A DNA stretch of 64,000 bases, taken from the NCBI RefSeq assembly GCF_039654945.1, contig NW_027361684.1, positions 19,406,001-19,470,000 of the forward strand, written 5' to 3'. Source of the DNA: Dendrobates tinctorius. Lineage: Eukaryota. Position 1 is the stretch's first letter. Every line of letters starts with the position of its first letter. A program made the position numbers and the translations under genes. Of this stretch, positions 61,201-64,000 are shown piece by piece. Below the pieces are notes generated by a model that was not told where the DNA came from, ran no database searches, and worked only from the letters and a program-made list of their open reading frames with translations.

Positions 61201-62206
61201 ATTGATAGATCAGGTGATTCTGAATGCGGCAGCACCAAATATGTGTATGTTTTATTTTTTATTGTTTTATTTTGAATGGGGCGAAAGGGGGGGTGATTTG
61301 AACTTTTATATATTTTTAATTTTTTAAAACATTTTTTTACTTTTTGCATGCTTCAATAGTCTCCATGGGAGACTAGAAGCTACACTACTTTGATCATCTC
61401 TGATACATAGAGGCGATAAACAGATCGCCTGTATGTAGCATAAATGCTCACTTGCTATCAGCGCAGTCCACCGGGCAGCGCTCATAGCAATCTGGCTATG
61501 ACAACAATAGAGACCTCTGGTTGTCATGCCAACACATCGGTGACCTGCGATCATGTGACGGGGTCAACCAGAGGGCATGATTTCCGGAGCGCTTGCTGGA
61601 AGCGCAAGTTAAATGCTGCTGTCAGAGATTCACAGCAGCATTTAATGGGTTAACAGCCACGGGTGGATTACGATTCCATCAGCGGCTGTTAGAGGCACAT
61701 GTCAGCTGTTGAAAACAGGGCTCAGCGCCGGAGCCCACATCAAAGGGAGGAAGTCTGACATCGGTGTACTATTACGCTTGATGTCGGCAAGGGGTTACAA
61801 AAAGAGCAAGTGAAAAATTTTTTTGAGTGCAAATGGAAAACAATGCGAAAAAAGACAGAAAATGAGACTGAAAATGCTCAAATGCATTACAGAATCGGGC
61901 CCGAAATATCCAACTCTGATGGTTTTTAGTAAAGTAATTGTATGTGTTGCATTTTCTTCACCTCATAGGATACAATGCATGGAGAAGGTTCTGTGGTCTC
62001 TCTGCACCACGTGACATTGATGAATTGTCCGATGTCCTGAAAAATAGAACTCTTGCGGAAAAGCTCATTAATTTGTATGGATCGCCTGAAAATATTGACA
62101 TCTGGGTTGGAGGAGTCTCTGAGTCCCTTGTACGCAATGGAAGAACTGGGAAATTATTATCGTGTTTAATTGGAAATCAGTTCCGCAGGGTTAGAGATGG
62201 AGATCG
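16168..62206 (+). CDS. Heme peroxidase of the myeloperoxidase/eosinophil peroxidase/lactoperoxidase family, spliced, 3'-incomplete: join(16168-16243,16734-16754,34056-34149,34508-34683,42007-42127,52885-53014,53529-53735,54851-55166,58188-58348,58436-58688,58828-58998,61969-62206)
   Basis: All junctions are GT-AG with consistent phases; 1964 nt open frame. Signal peptide, propeptide, [79 protein letters not shown]. Exon sizes 94/176/130/207/161/171/238 match the mammalian MPO exon pattern as I recall it. Paralog identity cannot be fixed without a phylogeny. Confidence 0.95.
16734..16754 (+). CDS. Candidate 21-nt micro-exon (GFHIHNT)
   Basis: TCTTTCTTTGCAG acceptor, CTG|GTAATA donor, phase 1-1, no stop. 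Confidence 0.5.
18480..19300. repeat. Degenerate ~30-bp minisatellite (CCCCATATAATGCTCCATA...)
   Basis: Read directly; source of many spurious ORFs. Confidence 0.85.
20244..20600. repeat. 41-bp minisatellite, ~8.5 units
   Basis: CATCCTCCATCCCATAGTCCCGTGCCCATATACCCATCACA; one detached partial unit at ~17820-17848. Confidence 0.88.
22729..30856 (-). mobile_element. Full-length Gmr1-like Ty3/Gypsy LTR retrotransposon
   Basis: LTRs 22729-24276 and 29517-30856, TG..CA ends, TSD ATCGG, PBS TGGTGGCAG(AG)CGGTGGGAT (tRNA-Leu-like), PPT AAGGGGGGAGG, order gag-PR-IN-RT-RH. Confidence 0.96.
24297..29306 (-). pseudogene. Gmr1-like gag-pol (1670 codons) with a single in-frame TAG at 25884-25886
   Basis: ORFs 25884-29306 and 24297-25868 share a frame; SCAN-like capsid, [23 protein letters not shown]+DDE, WEGPY, YLDD, TDAS. 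Confidence 0.93.
32866..32906 (-). ncRNA. Minimal hammerhead motif, inverted partner
   Basis: Reverse complement UUC-CUGAGGA-A-GGGGUG-GUAUU-CACCCU-GAAA-CGAG-UA-GAU. Confidence 0.7.
32934..32974 (+). ncRNA. Minimal type I hammerhead ribozyme motif (sense to the peroxidase pre-mRNA)
   Basis: CUC-CUGAGGA-A-GGGGUG-GUAUU-CACCCU-GAAA-CGUG-UA-GAG. Confidence 0.8.
34056..34149 (+). CDS. Peroxidase exon, propeptide ([30 protein letters not shown])
   Basis: 94 nt, TTTAAG/GTAAGA, AKxLVDxAY propeptide motif. Confidence 0.92.
34508..34683 (+). CDS. Peroxidase exon, propeptide ([22 protein letters not shown])
   Basis: 176 nt, TTTTCAG/GTGCGC, FKQxVxATRxxxRxADY motif. Confidence 0.92.
34904..39694 (+). 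mobile_element. Non-autonomous (pol-less) Gypsy-type LTR retrotransposon
   Basis: LTRs 34904-36158 and 38439-39694, TSD TTGT, PBS TGGCATCACGAACAGGAT 36164-36181 (tRNA-Ser-like), PPT GGGGGGTA; 2.3-kb interior lacks RT/IN motifs. Confidence 0.9.
39780..40657. mobile_element. Solo LTR
   Basis: TGTTAGG...CCTAACA termini, flanks CGCTG/TGCTG. Confidence 0.7.
40666..41048. mobile_element. PIF/Harbinger-type MITE
   Basis: TTA flanks, TIRs GGCCTCGTTCAGACGTC / GATGTGCGAATGAGGCC. Confidence 0.65.
41189..41904. mobile_element. Probable solo LTR
   Basis: TGTAGGG...CCCTTACAACA, CTGC on both flanks. Confidence 0.55.
42007..42127 (+). CDS. Peroxidase exon (LTGCAYQ...[11 protein letters not shown])
   Basis: 121 nt, CTGCAG/GTAAGG. 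Confidence 0.93.
42171..43815 (+). mobile_element. Full-length Tc1/mariner transposon
   Basis: ~210-bp TIRs starting CAGTCATATGTTAAAGTTTGGGCACCCC, TA TSD. Confidence 0.95.
42569..43587 (+). pseudogene. Tc1 DD34E transposase with one frameshift near 42695
   Basis: [46 protein letters not shown]. Confidence 0.9.
43907..44207. mobile_element. hAT-type palindromic MITE
   Basis: 8-bp TSD CCTGTAAC, long TIRs TAGTGATGAGCGAGTATGCTCGTTACTCGAGGTTTCC. Confidence 0.85.
44618..46165. mobile_element. Second truncated copy of the TTAA element at 2061, with ~390-bp tandem units
   Basis: Colinear similarity to the copy starting at 2061. Confidence 0.75.
46545..47876. mobile_element. PIF/Harbinger-type element containing telomeric arrays
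   Basis: TAA TSD, TIRs GGCTAGTTTCACACTTGC / GCAAATGTGAAACCAGCC. Confidence 0.75.
46781..47545 (+). repeat. Telomere-like (CCCTAA/CCCTGA)n array with N runs at 46881-47008 and 47236-47392
   Basis: Read directly. Confidence 0.92.
48893..51285. mobile_element. Non-autonomous hAT-like element with minisatellite (49250-50310)
   Basis: CAGGGC...GCCCTG ends, 8-bp TSD TACACAAG. Confidence 0.75.
50317..50957 (-). mobile_element. Tc1 5' fragment (TIR plus transposase N-terminus)
   Basis: TA-CAACCCCTGGCAAAAATTATGGAATCACC; ORF 50319-50579 with HTH and GRPRKTS. Confidence 0.8.
51383..52148 (+). mobile_element. Probable solo LTR
   Basis: TGTAA...AACACA ends, AATAAA near 52049, GC-richer than flanks; no TSD match. 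Confidence 0.45.
52150..52460 (-). pseudogene. Tc1 transposase catalytic fragment
   Basis: [24 protein letters not shown]. Confidence 0.8.
52885..53014 (+). CDS. Peroxidase exon ([26 protein letters not shown])
   Basis: 130 nt, TTTGCAG/GTAAAA. Confidence 0.94.
53529..53735 (+). CDS. Peroxidase exon with distal Gln/Asp/His ([14 protein letters not shown])
   Basis: 207 nt, ATCAG/GTGAGA; lies within ORF 53520-53774. Confidence 0.96.
54851..55166 (+). CDS. Peroxidase exon with Ca-binding loop ([19 protein letters not shown])
   Basis: 316 nt, TTTCAG/GTGAGT. Confidence 0.96.
56854..57301. mobile_element. Fold-back Harbinger-type MITE
   Basis: TTA TSD; the whole element is a near-complete palindrome. 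Confidence 0.85.
57802..57948. mobile_element. Small Harbinger-type MITE
   Basis: GGCCCCGATTCATCAAA / TTTGATGAATCGGGGTC, TTA/TAA flanks. Confidence 0.65.
58188..58348 (+). CDS. Peroxidase exon with distal Arg and heme-ester Glu (GDVRSNEQ)
   Basis: 161 nt, TTTCAG/GTACAG. Confidence 0.95.
58436..58688 (+). CDS. Peroxidase exon with proximal His (AYRMGHT)
   Basis: 253 nt, GACAG/GTAATC. Confidence 0.95.
58828..58998 (+). CDS. Peroxidase exon (GGLDPLLRG...[16 protein letters not shown])
   Basis: 171 nt, CATAG/GTAAGG. Confidence 0.96.
60910..61797. mobile_element. TTAA DNA transposon, inverted relative of 30857-32108
   Basis: Reverse-complement similarity (e.g. TGCATGCTTCAATAGTCTCCATGGGAGACTAGAAGC), end GATGTCGGCAAGGGGTTA. 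Confidence 0.7.
61969..62206 (+). CDS. Peroxidase exon ([10 protein letters not shown]...[10 protein letters not shown])
   Basis: 238 nt, CATAG/GTAAGT; the terminal exon was not found in 62207-64000. Confidence 0.96.
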
Positions 62207-64000
62207 GTAAGTGCCGGTTTTCAACAAAATATAAAAATATACAGTATATCATAAATGGGATTTTTGTCTAGCTTTTAAGAAAAAAACATAACAAAAGTTT
62301 CCCATATATGGTCCAATAATCAGGTGATCAAACAGTTAGACTTAGGTCCTGATTAATCAGTTTCTGTTAATTTTCCAAATTTTTGTGCAATGATGAGTTT
62401 TGCAAAAATGTTGTGACTTTTGGCGCTTTTACACCACTCCAGTCAACCTTCGCTAACTTTTAGAAAAGTAGGGTAGCTTCAGCGGGATGGAGCTTGGCTA
62501 AGTGCCTGACAAATTCACTGACAAATTCACTGACAAATTCTTCATAATTTACTAATTTGCACCACCGAAGTGGTGTAAATTATGACACAGATATACTCCA
62601 CTTCCTGATGCATGGTGAATGGTATGTGAAAAATGCACCTAATTAATAATTTTGGCACATTATGTACCAGGACACAGTTAGTCAAGAATGGTGTACAAAA
62701 CCCTGGGCTTGATGTCTATGCACTGAGCAGAAAATAAATGCAAGGAAAAGCTCCCAGTGTACATGGTAATGTACCCATTCACTACTCAACTGCCACAATT
62801 CTTTTTTTTGCCTCTCTGGGAGGTATGTGTCTGCATATTGTATATTTAGTTATAGAAAAGTGCTGGCGGAGCTGTGCTATTTAGGACTATGTTAACTCTT
62901 CTGTTTGTACATCTAGTACACCTGTCCCATTTTCAGGAACAGACAAATGGATGTCTAAAATGGATATGTTGCATATCTGATGCAAACAGAGGCAAAGGGA
63001 ACTCAATTTAATATTAAGGGGTCCACCTGGGTTCAATTATTTGTCATATTTAAAGCGTAAAAGTGGTTTTAATTTAGTAAATAATAATGTAGAGCAAGTA
63101 ATTTTAATAATCTTTGAAATATACCTTATGAATGAAATCCCAAAAAAGCTTTCAAAAACCTTCTAAAAGATGTTCCCATATTATGTTTCAGAATGAAATC
63201 CGTATTCAGCTCCACACATTGAATATGGCATCAAAGGGTGGGGAGCGTAAGTAATGTAGGTGTCTGGATGCAATGCACAGAGACACGAAGCAAAAACAGT
63301 CAGAGATGACTGTATTTATATACAGTGGTTTAAAGTAACTCTGAACAATTAGTGTTAGTAATTAGGCAGATCAACATTCAAACCAAGATAACGATAAACT
63401 TGGGAAAGCAAAGGAAGTCTTTTGACAATGGTGGTGCACCCAGTCATGGAAGCCACCACGTAAGTTATTTCTCTGCAAATCTGGCCCTAGCGGGGGTCAC
63501 CAGGTTTTTCCGCTAGGGCGCAAGTTTCTCTCTGATGTAGTCTATCAAAGCCCATTGAGCCTTCCACGCATCAACCAGCCCCCTCCAAACCCGAGACGCT
63601 AATCCCAGCTGACCTCGATACCTTAGAGCACGGGTCCTCAAACTTTTTAAACGGGGCTAGATCACAATCCCTTAGACCAATGGAGGGCCAGAATATAGTT
63701 TTAAAAAAATATGAACAAATTCCTATGCACACTGCACATATCTTATTTTGAAGTAATAAAACAAAAAAATAGGAACAAATAAAATATTTAAAATGAAGAA
63801 GTAAAGTTAAATCATCAAACATACCGATTTTTTTGGGTTCTTTGAATATCCTACACTTTGAGTCAATTTTTTCTCTTTCTTGATATTATTGTTTCCTTGG
63901 AATTCAAAATTGCTATTAGTAAAGTGACAACATATTTACAGTGCTACAAAAACAATAAACCAGCAATAAAATTACCCACACAGAGACATACAGACTGAAC

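Noticed and set aside
16168-62206. Assigning the symbol MPO, EPX or LPO
   Set aside because: Amphibian members form their own expansions and residue 243 is not MPO-like; needs phylogeny and synteny.
62207-64000. Terminal peroxidase exon
   Set aside because: I found no acceptor followed by an F-[WY]-[WY]-E-like frame; it probably lies downstream of the window rather than being lost.

Overview
Eukaryotic, intron- and repeat-rich vertebrate DNA; the repeat families suggest an anuran amphibian (inference, not verified). One host gene is present: a + strand heme peroxidase of the MPO/EPX/LPO family. I reconstructed 12 coding exons (16168-62206, 654 codons in one open frame); the last exon lies beyond the window. 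The catalytic residues are kept, but Gln occupies the MPO Met243 position. Most remaining sequence is nested transposons. LTR elements: a young Tf1/sushi-type chromovirus (8330-14054) with a self-priming site; a near-intact Gmr1-like Gypsy element (22729-30856, integrase before RT, SCAN-like gag); a pol-less LTR element (34904-39694); and several solo LTRs. DNA elements: Tc1, Helitron, hAT, Harbinger and TTAA-specific families. The most notable hidden layer is a set of Penelope-type minimal hammerhead ribozymes (5 recognisable, 2 degenerate). It includes two related insertions with a divergent head-to-head ribozyme pair, one reduced to a ~440-bp non-coding palindrome inside a peroxidase intron. 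Also notable are tRNA primer-site-like motifs inside LTR U5 regions and telomeric arrays inside two unrelated DNA transposons.
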